A stretch of 32,979 nt of DNA from Thermoanaerobaculia bacterium (GCA_043777195.1 JAYVQF010000092.1:1-32979); one strand, 5' to 3'; counted from the stretch's first letter, positions 1-8,750 are shown. The notes: generated by a model not told the origin, from the letters alone. Program-made: numbers and translations.

Positions 1-917
1 GCCGCGCCCGCCATGCCGTCATCGCCCATGCCTGTGAGCACCAGACCCAGCGCCGCGCGGCCGTAAAGGGCCGCCGCAGAGATGAATAGCCAGTCGGCGC
101 TGGGAGCATAGCGTTCCTGGGGCAGTTTTTCCCTCAATTCAAAAGCCGAAGCCCCTCCCGGCGAGGCGATGACGCGGGCGCAGCGACCGCCCGGCAAAAT
201 GTAGGCGTGGCCCGGATGCAGAATTTCCCCGGGCTCGGCCTCCTTGACGCGCAGCGGGAGGAGTTTGTCCAGCCGCTCCGCGAACAGTGCGGTGAAGACG
301 GCCGGCATATGCTGGGCGACGACCACCGCCGTGCGCGCAAGTGCGGGCGCCAGCACCGTCAGCAGCTGCTGAACCGCCGGCGGCCCCCCGGTCGAGGCGG
401 CGACCACGATGAGTCCTTCGACGCGTCCCGTCGCAACTTCCGCGGACGGCTTGGGAGACGGCGTGGGCGCCAGGCGCGGCGCTTCGAAGGCGCGCTTCGC
501 CAGCTTGCTGACATCCATCCGCTCGACCCCGGCGATCTTGCCCACGATTTCGTCGCGGATCAATTCCATATTGGGCACGACGCTCTGCGGCTTGACGATG
601 AAATCAGCGGCGCCCAAGTCGAGCGCCTTGAAAACCGAGCGATTGGACTCGCGCGCCGAGACCACGAACACCGGCACCGGATGATTCACCATCAACCAGC
701 GCAGCAGCGCAAAGCCGTCCATGCGCGGCATTTCCAGGTCGAGGGTTACCGCATCGGGCTTCAGCTTCAGCACTTTGCGGATGGCGTCCTCGCCGTCGTA
801 CGCCGTGCCGATGACCTCGATCCGGTCGCTGCTCGCCAGCACGGCGCTGAGCGCCCGCCGGTTGTAGGCGGAATCATCAACAACGAGGACGCGGATTTTT
901 TTCACGGGATCGGGCAT
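1..917 (-). CDS. cheB: Protein-glutamate methylesterase / response regulator CheB, partial (3' end of the gene lies beyond the window start)
   Basis: Absent from the ORF track because no stop codon lies inside the window. My reverse-strand translation from the ATG at complement(915-917) reads MPDPVKKIRVLVVDDSAYNRRALSAVL...AVTLDLEMPRMDGFALLRWL, a CheY-like receiver. It is followed by LIVVAASTGGPPAV, VVAQHMPAVFT and LTGMGDDG, the Ser/His/Asp methylesterase motifs. The frame stays open to position 1. The + strand ORF 207..938 is its antisense shadow. Confidence 0.85.
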   Translation of the reverse strand, partial: MPDPVKKIRVLVVDDSAYNRRALSAVLASSDRIEVIGTAYDGEDAIRKVLKLKPDAVTLDLEMPRMDGFALLRWLMVNHPVPVFVVSARESNRSVFKALDLGAADFIVKPQSVVPNMELIRDEIVGKIAGVERMDVSKLAKRAFEAPRLAPTPSPKPSAEVATGRVEGLIVVAASTGGPPAVQQLLTVLAPALARTAVVVAQHMPAVFTALFAERLDKLLPLRVKEAEPGEILHPGHAYILPGGRCARVIASPGGASAFELREKLPQERYAPSADWLFISAAALYGRAALGLVLTGMGDDGMAGA

Positions 918-938
918 GGGTGTGATGTGGATGGATGA

Positions 939-1793
939 TTAGCGCGTATAGGCGAATTCGCCGTCGATGCGCGACATTTTGAAGGGGGTTTCCAGGGTGA
1001 GCAGGCTTTCGGAATGGCCGAGGAAAAGCAGACCGCCGTCACGCAAGCGCGGCAACAGATTGCGCAGGACGGCCAGCTTCGAATCGCTGTCGAAATAGAT
1101 CAGCACATTGCGGCAGAAAATCGCGTCGAACTGGCCGAATAACGCCAGGCGCGGATCGCGATAAAGATTGACCGCATTAAAGGCGACGAGTCCCCGCCAT
1201 GGTTCGCGCAGGGTCCATTGATCGCCCGGCGCCGGGGAGAAATATTTGTCGCGGAAACCGGGGTCGAGAAAACGGAATGAATGCACGGTGTAGGTGGCGC
1301 TGCGCGCCTTGGCGAGCACTTTGTCGCTGATGTCGGAGCCGATAATTTCAAAATCAAGCGGCCGGATGCCCGCTTCGGTCAGCAGCAGCGCCAGGCTGTA
1401 GGCTTCCTCGCCGCTCGAACAGCCCGCCGACCAGATGCGCAGGCGGCGGCTTCCGGGATAGGAGCTGACCGACAGCCTCGCAACGGCGTGGGCGACGAAG
1501 GCTTTGAGCTGCCCGTTTTCGCGCATGAAATAAGTTTCATTGGTGGTGAGCGCGGAGTGCAGCGCGGCGAATTCCCCGGCGCGGGCGGGATCGAATTTCA
1601 GATAGAGAAAATAATCGCGAAGACCGGGCATCCCCAGCGCGGGCAGCCGCGCGGCCAGCCGCTTGTGCAGCAAAAACCGGTTGTTCTCTTCGAAGCGCAG
1701 TCCGCATTCACTGTAGATCAGCTCGGCGAGATCGTAAAACAGCTCATCCGAGAGCGGCGGCAGCGCGTCCAGCCCGTTCATTGCGGGCATCAC
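939..1793 (-). CDS. cheR: Chemotaxis protein methyltransferase CheR
   Basis: 284-aa ORF with NETYFMRE, RIWSAGCSSGEEAYSLALLL (SAM-binding region typical of CheR), IIGSDIS and FDAIFCRNVLIYFD. Its stop lies 21 nt upstream of the cheB start. Its start overlaps the stop of the upstream HEAT gene by 4 nt. Confidence 0.9.
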   Translation of the reverse strand: MMPAMNGLDALPPLSDELFYDLAELIYSECGLRFEENNRFLLHKRLAARLPALGMPGLRDYFLYLKFDPARAGEFAALHSALTTNETYFMRENGQLKAFVAHAVARLSVSSYPGSRRLRIWSAGCSSGEEAYSLALLLTEAGIRPLDFEIIGSDISDKVLAKARSATYTVHSFRFLDPGFRDKYFSPAPGDQWTLREPWRGLVAFNAVNLYRDPRLALFGQFDAIFCRNVLIYFDSDSKLAVLRNLLPRLRDGGLLFLGHSESLLTLETPFKMSRIDGEFAYTR

Positions 1794-3994
1794 GCGGATT
1801 CCCCGAGCAGTTCACGCACCACCGAGCGAACCCTGGGACTGCCAGCGGCGGCGGCATGGCGCAAAAGCTGCGGATGAAATCTTTTCATAGCCCGCAGATA
1901 GGCCAGCGCCGCCTCGCCCGCGCTGTCATCTTCCATCAGCCGCAGTGCCGCGGCAATGGCCTCGGGTTGCTGCATGCCGGCCAGCGCGGTCAGGGCGAGA
2001 CGGCGAACGGCGGGCTCCTGAAGGCGATCCAAGCGGCGCAAGACGAGATCATGCAAAGCCGCAAACTCGGGCGCCGCGGACAACTCCAGCGCCGCCAGCA
2101 CCCGCGCGGTCTGCGCCGACGCCAGCCAGTCGCGAAGGAAAGGTTCGGCCGATGCGAGCCGGCAACGGGCCAGCGTCGCAACGGCAGCGCGGGCGACCTC
2201 GCTGCGCGGATCATGCGAAACCGCGATCAGGGCGGTTTCGTGCGCGCGTACGCTCGCGGGTTCAAGCCCCCCCAGGAACGCGGCAGCGACGGGTTCGGGC
2301 CATTCGCCCAGCAAGGCGAAACCGCGCTCCTGCTCCGCCTCTTTCGCCACCGCCAGCGTGGCGGCCGCATCGGCCCTGAGCCAAAGATCGGGATCGGCAA
2401 GCGCCTGATCGAGGACCGGCGTGGTGAGGCCCTCGTGTCGAAGCAAACGCAAAGCCTGCCGGCGCACCGCAGGCGCTTCGTCGAGTAGCATGCGCCGCAG
2501 GATTTCCGCCGGCAGGACGCCCGGCCCCGCCGCTTCAAGGGTGGCGGCCCGTACGGGGGCGGCGGCATCCCGCAGCAAATTCTCGCGGGCCTCCGCCAGC
2601 GCTTGCGGCGCCAGGGCCCCGGCCAACCGGATCGCCGCGAGTCGCGCGGTGGGATCGGCGGCGACGAGGCATTGCGCGAGGTAGTCCCGCAGGGGCGCAG
2701 CCGACTGCGGATGGCGGGACAGCACCGCCTGACAGGCGGCGATAGCGGGGGGCAACAGTGCGGGGTCGTCGAAAGCGGTTCTTGTGATCGCAGATAACGC
2801 TGCGGGACCGCCCGCCTCGGTCAGTGCGGCCAGGGCGGCTTCCCGCAACAGCGAATCGGCGCCGGTCAGGGCGTTAATCAACACCGGCTCCCCGCCCGCG
2901 GGCACAAGACGCCCCAGCGCTGGCGCCAGCGCCAGTTGCCGCTCGGTTTCAAGGGCCGCGTTGAATGCGGCAACGACGGCCTCGCCCGCCTGCGGAATCT
3001 GCGCCAGGACGGCGAGGTCTTCGTCGCGCAGATCCCCGGGCGCGAGGCCGTTCAGCGCGGCGGACAGGAGTTCCTGGCGCCCGGTCCACAGGGCAAAGCG
3101 GGCCAGGTCGCCCCGGGATGGAGGCGTGGCGCGGCCGATCGCCCGCGCCAATTCGGTTCCGCGGGCAGCGGGAAAAGCGGCCTTGATTTCATCGCGCAGG
3201 CGTGCAGCCAGGCTTTGCGTCGTGACGCGCCGCATCAAACGGCCATGTAAAGCGACCAGGGCCAGCACGGCTTCGACCGGAAAACGCTCTTCGTGCTGGA
3301 GCGCGGTCAACAGCGCCGTCTGCGCCTCGCGACCGCCGATGCGACCCAGCGCAGACCAGGCGGCGCGGCGGCGCGGTCCCGGCGAGGCGGCAGCCAATGC
3401 GAGGCCCTCCAGCGCGGTGCCATCGCCGATTTCTCCGAGCGCTTCGATCACCTGCGTCGCCAGCCAATCATCGGCGCCCGCCAGCAATTTCACCAACACT
3501 TCCGTGGCGGAGGGATCCCGGATTTCCCCCAGCGCGGCGACGGCCGCGGCGACCGCGTTGCGGTCAGTGCTGCCGAGATAATAAAGCACATACGGCACGC
3601 TGTCGGGTTGCGCGATCTGCCCCAAAAGTCCGAGCAGCGCCAGGCGGGTATCCGCATCCACCGACTTGAGCGCGCGATGCAGATGCTGAACCGCCGCCTC
3701 GCCGAATTCCTGCAGCGCCTCGAGAGCGCTGTTGCGCAGGCCGGCGTTTTCCTCATCGGCCAGGTTGGCGATCAGCACCGGGGCGGCCTGATCGGCGGGC
3801 AGGCGGCGGAATCCCGCCACTGCCGCCTTGCGCACCCGCCAGCTTTCATCGCTCAGAAAAGCGATCAGCAGCGGCAGATCGGACGCGGTCGCCGTGGCGG
3901 CCAGCGCCACCGCGTGGGCCCGCCGGGCTTCGGGATTATCCCCGAGATCCGGCCCGAGATCCGGGGCGGGCGCTGGCGTGCGGGCGTCGGTCAT
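1790..3994 (-). CDS. Large HEAT-repeat (PBS-lyase-like) protein encoded inside the che operon
   Basis: 734-aa Ala/Leu/Arg-rich ORF built from recurring ~30-aa helical units. Examples are VRKAAVAGFRRL, LRNSALEALQEFG, AVAAAVAALGEIRDP, VIEALGEIGDG, AAWSALGRIGG and VRRQALRLL. No catalytic motif recognised. The + strand ORFs covering it are Arg/Pro-rich shadows. Confidence 0.8.
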   Translation of the reverse strand: MTDARTPAPAPDLGPDLGDNPEARRAHAVALAATATASDLPLLIAFLSDESWRVRKAAVAGFRRLPADQAAPVLIANLADEENAGLRNSALEALQEFGEAAVQHLHRALKSVDADTRLALLGLLGQIAQPDSVPYVLYYLGSTDRNAVAAAVAALGEIRDPSATEVLVKLLAGADDWLATQVIEALGEIGDGTALEGLALAAASPGPRRRAAWSALGRIGGREAQTALLTALQHEERFPVEAVLALVALHGRLMRRVTTQSLAARLRDEIKAAFPAARGTELARAIGRATPPSRGDLARFALWTGRQELLSAALNGLAPGDLRDEDLAVLAQIPQAGEAVVAAFNAALETERQLALAPALGRLVPAGGEPVLINALTGADSLLREAALAALTEAGGPAALSAITRTAFDDPALLPPAIAACQAVLSRHPQSAAPLRDYLAQCLVAADPTARLAAIRLAGALAPQALAEARENLLRDAAAPVRAATLEAAGPGVLPAEILRRMLLDEAPAVRRQALRLLRHEGLTTPVLDQALADPDLWLRADAAATLAVAKEAEQERGFALLGEWPEPVAAAFLGGLEPASVRAHETALIAVSHDPRSEVARAAVATLARCRLASAEPFLRDWLASAQTARVLAALELSAAPEFAALHDLVLRRLDRLQEPAVRRLALTALAGMQQPEAIAAALRLMEDDSAGEAALAYLRAMKRFHPQLLRHAAAAGSPRVRSVVRELLGESA

Positions 3995-4016
3995 GCGGTG
4001 CTTCGATTGCGCCGGA

Positions 4017-4835
4017 TCAAATTTTCAAGCGCAGATAATCATTGAACATCGCCACGATCAGGCCGCCCGCGCCGGGGAAGCGCTCTTCGAGGTGGCGCCG
4101 GCCGCGCTCGACCTCATCCGCGCAATGAATCGCCGCGCCGCCTGCGTCGAGTCCGCTCAGGGTGTCGCTGTTCTGCATGATGAGATCGGAAAACATCTCT
4201 CTCGCCAGCTTCAGCGCGGCCGGATCGTCGCCGTCTGGCGGCGGGTCGGGCGCGCGCAGGCCGAGTCTTTCGCGCAATGCGGTTTCCAGCCGGGCGTCAT
4301 CCGGCAATTCCTCGAGATACGCGTCAGCGCCATAGAGACGGTCGGGCGTGCGATGGTAACGGTTGGCGTTATGAATCTCCCCCAGCAAAATCAGGCGGGG
4401 GCGGGGCTCGGCGCTTTGAAGGCGCCCCCAAAGGCCGTCGGGCATCGCGAGGTAGAACGACGACACCAGCGCAAGTCTGGGAATGGGCATACCGGAGGGC
4501 TCGTTGGGCCCGGTGATCACGGTGGGCTCAAAACCGATCTTGTGCAGCGCGCGGGCCAGCCGCCCGGCGAAATCTTCACGCGGCTCGCACACCCAGACGC
4601 CGCCGTAAGGGGAGGCCGACGAGGTGGGGGCGGCGAGGGCGGGCGCAATTTGCCCCGCCTGGACAGCCGGTTCGACCAAAAAGACGGCTTTGCACGACGG
4701 ACACGCCAAGCGAAAGGATCCGGGCGGCGGGGGTTGCGCCGTGCGCAGCTGCGCGCCGCAGGCCGTGCATGTGTAGACGGCACTGCCGGCGGTTTCTGCT
4801 GCGCGGGCAGAGTCCCCTCGGAGTTCGCCGCTCAT
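4017..4835 (-). CDS. Zn-ribbon protein with a degenerate receiver-like domain (function unknown)
   Basis: 272-aa ORF. The N-terminus has CTACGAQL...CPSCKAVF (CxxC-18-CxxC ribbon, MJ0042-finger style). The middle section, VWVCEPREDFAGRLARAL..GFEPTVI...LALVSSFYLAMPDGLW...RLILLGE...GADAYLEELP, follows the beta-alpha pattern of a CheY-like receiver but lacks the acidic pair and the phospho-acceptor Asp. The start overlaps the cheW-like stop by 4 nt (ATGA). Confidence 0.65.
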   Translation of the reverse strand: MSGELRGDSARAAETAGSAVYTCTACGAQLRTAQPPPPGSFRLACPSCKAVFLVEPAVQAGQIAPALAAPTSSASPYGGVWVCEPREDFAGRLARALHKIGFEPTVITGPNEPSGMPIPRLALVSSFYLAMPDGLWGRLQSAEPRPRLILLGEIHNANRYHRTPDRLYGADAYLEELPDDARLETALRERLGLRAPDPPPDGDDPAALKLAREMFSDLIMQNSDTLSGLDAGGAAIHCADEVERGRRHLEERFPGAGGLIVAMFNDYLRLKI

Positions 4836-5845
4836 CGCGCCACTTCCAGGAGGCGCGCAAGCACCGGCACCGCCACAAAACCATCGCCATTGCGGGAAAT
4901 GCCGCTCAGCAATTCAGCGTTGGCTTCGCCCAGCGCCGCGCCGGGATGTTGCAGCGTATCGGGAGCGATGGTGCTGACCTGCCCGACGCCCGCCACCCGC
5001 AGCCCGATCCATTCTTCATTCTGCTCAAACACCACGATGCGGGTTTGTTCGTCGCTTGCTGCGGCGGAAAACCCGAGGCGCAGCGCCGCGTCAATCACGG
5101 GAACCATTCTGCCTCGCAGGGAGAGAACCCCCGCCATCGCTGCGCCGGTCAGGGGCACGGGTGTGAGCGGCCGTTCGCGCAGAATTTCAAGAATCTCGCC
5201 AATCGGCACCGCGAAAGTTTCGCCATGCACGCGGCACAAAAGAAAGCGATTGGTCAATTCCCGCTCGGGATCATAGGGCGGGGGGGCCGGTTTGACCGCT
5301 TCCGGTTCGGCGGCGGCGGCTTCCGCAGCGCCCACGATCAGGGCGCGAGCCAGAGGCGAATGCATGGACGATTGCGGGTTTCCGCGCGCCATCGCGGAGG
5401 TGCCGGAATTCAAGTCTTCCGCCGCCGGGGACGAACGGCGCGATGCGGCATGGCGCTGCGCATCCGGGTCACGCGGCGGCGCAGGGTAAGAAACTTCCGG
5501 ATCAAACGATGCGTTGGCCGACTTCCCCTGCGGCGGGATCGCCTCATATTCCATGGCCGCTGTCTGGGCCGGTGCAGTTCGGGCCGGCGCAGTTCCGGCT
5601 GGCGTAGCTGCGATTGTTCGCTCCGGCGCGTCCGGTGGCGTGAATAGTTCCAGCTCCGGCGCGAAAGCCGGGGCTTCCGGAATCAGTTTTATTTTTTCAA
5701 ATTCCGGTTCGACGGCAAGTCCCGGGGGAGCGTGCACGGGTTCCGCCGCAGCGGGCTGAACCGCTTCGGCGCCTGCTGAGCGGCGGCCCGCCTTCTTGCG
5801 AATTTTCAAAAGATCCAGCACGGAAAAATTATAGTGGGTGCGCAT
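4832..5845 (-). CDS. cheW: CheW-like coupling protein with a ~190-aa Pro/Ala-rich N-terminal extension
   Basis: 337-aa ORF. The C-terminal ~140 aa, FLLCRVHGETFAVPIGEILEILRERPLTPVPLTGAAMAGVLSLRGRMVPVIDAALRLGF...RIVVFEQNEEWIGLRVAGVGQVSTI, matches the CheW-domain pattern. The N-terminal half is low complexity. It is the first gene of the co-directional che cluster. Confidence 0.8.
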   Translation of the reverse strand: MRTHYNFSVLDLLKIRKKAGRRSAGAEAVQPAAAEPVHAPPGLAVEPEFEKIKLIPEAPAFAPELELFTPPDAPERTIAATPAGTAPARTAPAQTAAMEYEAIPPQGKSANASFDPEVSYPAPPRDPDAQRHAASRRSSPAAEDLNSGTSAMARGNPQSSMHSPLARALIVGAAEAAAAEPEAVKPAPPPYDPERELTNRFLLCRVHGETFAVPIGEILEILRERPLTPVPLTGAAMAGVLSLRGRMVPVIDAALRLGFSAAASDEQTRIVVFEQNEEWIGLRVAGVGQVSTIAPDTLQHPGAALGEANAELLSGISRNGDGFVAVPVLARLLEVAR

Positions 5846-5931
5846 CCCAAAAAACTATCGCCGCCGGCTTTCCGAAATTGTTTTCAAAAAGTGCGCAATG
5901 CCATCAAAGGTGGACGGCGCGCGGGCGCGAG

Positions 5932-5946
5932 TGGTGTATGCTTTGC
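5932..5946 (+). promoter_or_regulatory. Candidate sigma54 (-24/-12) promoter upstream of amtB
   Basis: TGGTGTatgctTTGC has the GG and GC dinucleotides at the canonical spacing (TGGCAC-N5-TTGC). It lies ~100 nt upstream of the amtB ATG. Nitrogen-regulated amtB genes are commonly sigma54/NtrC dependent. This is a single-motif match only. Confidence 0.3.
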
Positions 5947-6049
5947 GCGGTCGTTATATTCTCGCATGATCAAGATCGGAGTTAGTGCGGCAGGCCGGCG
6001 GTTGATTCTTTCGCCCTGACTTCTCATTGTCCCGACCCAGGAGTTCCCA

Positions 6050-7300
6050 ATGGATCCACACGCTCTGCCCATTGACACCGGCAACACCGCGTTCATGCTG
6101 CTATGCACCAGCCTGGTGATGCTGATGACGCCGGGGCTCGCCTTTTTTTATGGCGGCCTGGTCGGGCGCAAGAATGTCCTGACCATCATGTTCCAGAGTT
6201 TCCTCAGCCTGGGCTGGACCACGGTGCTTTGGTTCGCCTTCGGCTATTCCATGTGCTTCGGCCCGTCGATCGGCGGAATCATCGGCGATCCCACCCACTA
6301 CGCGTTTCTCAACGGGGTCACGCTCTCCACGATGTTCACGCTGGGCGGCTCCAGCGCGGGAATTCCCCTCATGGTGCACATCGCCTACCAGATGATGTTC
6401 GCGATCATCACCCCCGCGCTTATCACCGGCGCCTTCGCCAACCGGGTCACCTTCAAGGCTTATTTCCTCTTTCTCACCGGCTGGCTGATCTTTGTTTATT
6501 TTCCCTTCTGTCACATGATCTGGCATCCGGACGGCCTGCTGGCGAAGTGGGGCGTGCTCGATTTCGCAGGAGGCATCGTGGTGCACAACACCGCCGGCTT
6601 CGCCGCGCTCGCGTCCATCCTCTTCGTGGGACGGCGCAGGGTGGTGGAGAATGTGGCGCATAGTGTTCCCCTCATCGCGCTGGGAACCGGCCTCTTGTGG
6701 TTCGGCTGGTATGGTTTCAACGCCGGTTCCGAGCTGCGCGTGGATTCGATCACCACTTCGGCCTTTCTCAACACCGACATTGCTGCTTCCTTCGCCGGCA
6801 TTACCTGGCTGCTCGTTGAGTGGATGAACGCGGGCAAGCCCAAATTCGTGGGACTGCTCACGGGCTCCGTCGCAGGCCTCGCCACCATCACGCCCGCAGC
6901 TGGATTCGTTTCCCCAGCGGCTGCCGCGCTCATCGGCATTCTCGCTGGAATCATCTGTTATTACGCGGTCGCGCTGAAAAACAAACTCGGCTGGGACGAC
7001 GCCCTCGATGTCTGGGGCGTGCACGGCGTCGGCGGCTTCATCGGGATTCTCTTCCTCGGCCTCTTCGCGGCGAAAGCCTGGAACCCCGCCGGCGCCGACG
7101 GCCTGCTGCTTGGCGGCGCCGGATTTTTCGGAAAACAGTGCGCCGCCGTTGCGATCTCCAGTGTCTGGGCCTTCACCTTCACCTGGGGCATGCTCTGGCT
7201 CATCAACAAAGTCACCCCCGTGCGGGTGGATGCAGCGCATGAATCCACCGGCCTCGATGCCGGGCTGCACGGCGAAGAGGCTTATCCGCAGGGGCTTTGA
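6050..7300 (+). CDS. amtB: Ammonium transporter AmtB
   Basis: 416-aa polytopic ORF with GLAFFYGGLVGRKNVL, DFAGGIVVHNTAGFAAL, WFGWYGFNAGS and WGVHGVGGFIGIL (Amt/MEP signatures). AGGAG lies 8 nt upstream of the ATG. Confidence 0.95.
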   Translation: MDPHALPIDTGNTAFMLLCTSLVMLMTPGLAFFYGGLVGRKNVLTIMFQSFLSLGWTTVLWFAFGYSMCFGPSIGGIIGDPTHYAFLNGVTLSTMFTLGGSSAGIPLMVHIAYQMMFAIITPALITGAFANRVTFKAYFLFLTGWLIFVYFPFCHMIWHPDGLLAKWGVLDFAGGIVVHNTAGFAALASILFVGRRRVVENVAHSVPLIALGTGLLWFGWYGFNAGSELRVDSITTSAFLNTDIAASFAGITWLLVEWMNAGKPKFVGLLTGSVAGLATITPAAGFVSPAAAALIGILAGIICYYAVALKNKLGWDDALDVWGVHGVGGFIGILFLGLFAAKAWNPAGADGLLLGGAGFFGKQCAAVAISSVWAFTFTWGMLWLINKVTPVRVDAAHESTGLDAGLHGEEAYPQGL

Positions 7301-7339
7301 AAGCGCTGCGGCGCCGGCCGGGGCGATGATAATTGCCGA

Positions 7340-7768
7340 ATGGCCCGCGTTCTTTCCCTCGATTACGGCCGGCGCCGCACCGGCTATTCGCTGTCGGATG
7401 CGCTGGGCATGCTGGCGGGACGGTCGGGGGTTTTGGAACATGAATTTCCCAAGGCGCAACTCGCGGCGGTGCGGGCGCTGATCGTCGAAACGAAGGCCGG
7501 GGAAATCGTGATCGGGGTGCCGCTGCAGATGGATGGCGGCGAAAGCGAAATGTCGGCCGAGGTGGAAAAATTCATCGCCAAGTTAACCGCCGCGCCCGGC
7601 TTGCCCATTCACCGCTGGGATGAGCGCATGACCAGTCTGGCGGCGAGCCGCCTGATGGATGAAATGGGCACCCGGAAGATGAAGCGGCGCGACGGGGAAA
7701 GCGACCGACTGGCGGCGACGCTGATCCTCGAGGCTTTTCTCGAACGGCGACGGATGAACGGAGAATAA
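7340..7768 (+). CDS. ruvX: Putative pre-16S rRNA nuclease / Holliday-junction-resolvase-like protein RuvX (YqgF)
   Basis: 142-aa ORF: RVLSLDYGRRRTGYSLSD, IVIGVPLQMDGGESEMS, WDERMTSLAA, DRLAATLILEAFLE. It sits next to mltG, a widely conserved pairing. Confidence 0.9.
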   Translation: MARVLSLDYGRRRTGYSLSDALGMLAGRSGVLEHEFPKAQLAAVRALIVETKAGEIVIGVPLQMDGGESEMSAEVEKFIAKLTAAPGLPIHRWDERMTSLAASRLMDEMGTRKMKRRDGESDRLAATLILEAFLERRRMNGE

Positions 7769-7781
7769 TGGAGCGCACCCG

Positions 7782-8750
7782 ATGAAAAAAATATTCCAGT
7801 GGTTTTTTTTCCTGGTTTTGCTCGCCGCTGCCGGCATTGCCGCCGCATTGTTCTGGCCGGTTCAGCTGGCTACGCCCCAGCTCTATCTCGTAGAGCCGGG
7901 ATGGGGGGGGCTCAAAATCACCCATGACCTGGTCGCGCGGGGAATCGTGCGCAGGCCGGAACAAATGGAACTGGCGCTCTTGGTGCGGCGCGGGGCGGGG
8001 CGCATCAAGACAGGCGAATATGAATTTTCCGGAGCAGTCAGCGCCTGGGACGCGGTCGGAATTTTACTTGCGGGCAAGGTGAAAACTTACAAGGTCACGG
8101 TGGTGCCGGGGGATACCGTCGCCAAGACGCTGCAGAAATTCACGGCCGCGGGGTTGTTTCCCGCGCCCACTCCGACGCAAGTGAATGGCTGGGCCGATGA
8201 ATTTGAAGGGGTGATCCGTCCTGACACCTATCTTTTCACGAAGCCCCTCACTGCCACAGGGGCGCTCGCGCATCTGCGGGCGGCGGGAGATAAATTCTGG
8301 ACGCCCGAACGCGAAGCGCAAGCGCAGGCGCGCGGCCTGTCCAGACGGGAAATTTGCACCATCGCCTCGATCATCGAACGGGAAACCGCGCTGAATGCGG
8401 AAAAGCCGTTGGTCTCCGCCGTGATTGCCAATCGCCTGAAACTCGGCATGCCGCTGCAGACCGACCCGGTGAATATTTATGGACTCGAAAGAACCGGCCG
8501 TTATCACGGCATCGCGGGCCACGACGAGATGACGATCGAAACGCCGTACAACAGCTACACGCACACCGGTCTTCCCCCTGGCCCGATCGGCGCGCCGAGC
8601 GACACCAGCCTGGCTGCCGCGCTGAGCCCCGCCGACAGCCGCGCGCTTTACTTTGTCGCGGACGGTACCGGCGGTCATCAATTTGCGGACACCTATGAAG
8701 AACACCTGCGCAATGTCGCGCAGTGGCGAAAGGTGCAGGCGGGGAGATAG
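7782..8750 (+). CDS. mltG: Endolytic murein transglycosylase MltG (YceG family)
   Basis: 322-aa ORF with an N-terminal TM helix, IASIIERETA, PLQTDPVNIY, YNSYTHTGLPPGPIGAPS and YFVADGTGGHQFA (YceG-like signatures). Confidence 0.9.
   Translation: MKKIFQWFFFLVLLAAAGIAAALFWPVQLATPQLYLVEPGWGGLKITHDLVARGIVRRPEQMELALLVRRGAGRIKTGEYEFSGAVSAWDAVGILLAGKVKTYKVTVVPGDTVAKTLQKFTAAGLFPAPTPTQVNGWADEFEGVIRPDTYLFTKPLTATGALAHLRAAGDKFWTPEREAQAQARGLSRREICTIASIIERETALNAEKPLVSAVIANRLKLGMPLQTDPVNIYGLERTGRYHGIAGHDEMTIETPYNSYTHTGLPPGPIGAPSDTSLAAALSPADSRALYFVADGTGGHQFADTYEEHLRNVAQWRKVQAGR

Noticed and set aside
207-5276. Long + strand ORFs (207..938, 1281..1877, 1781..2488, 2784..3581, 3293..4045, 3828..5276 and others) overlapping the che operon
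   Set aside because: They lie antisense to genes with clear family motifs and are Arg/Pro/Gly/Ala-rich with no motifs. They are typical shadow ORFs of GC-rich DNA. The same reasoning applies to 6101..7459, 8064..8798, 9352..9885, 10315..10968, 11486..12013, 14432..15037, 20544..21365, 23715..24344, 24945..25601, 27320..27967, 31631..32521 and 32023..32868.
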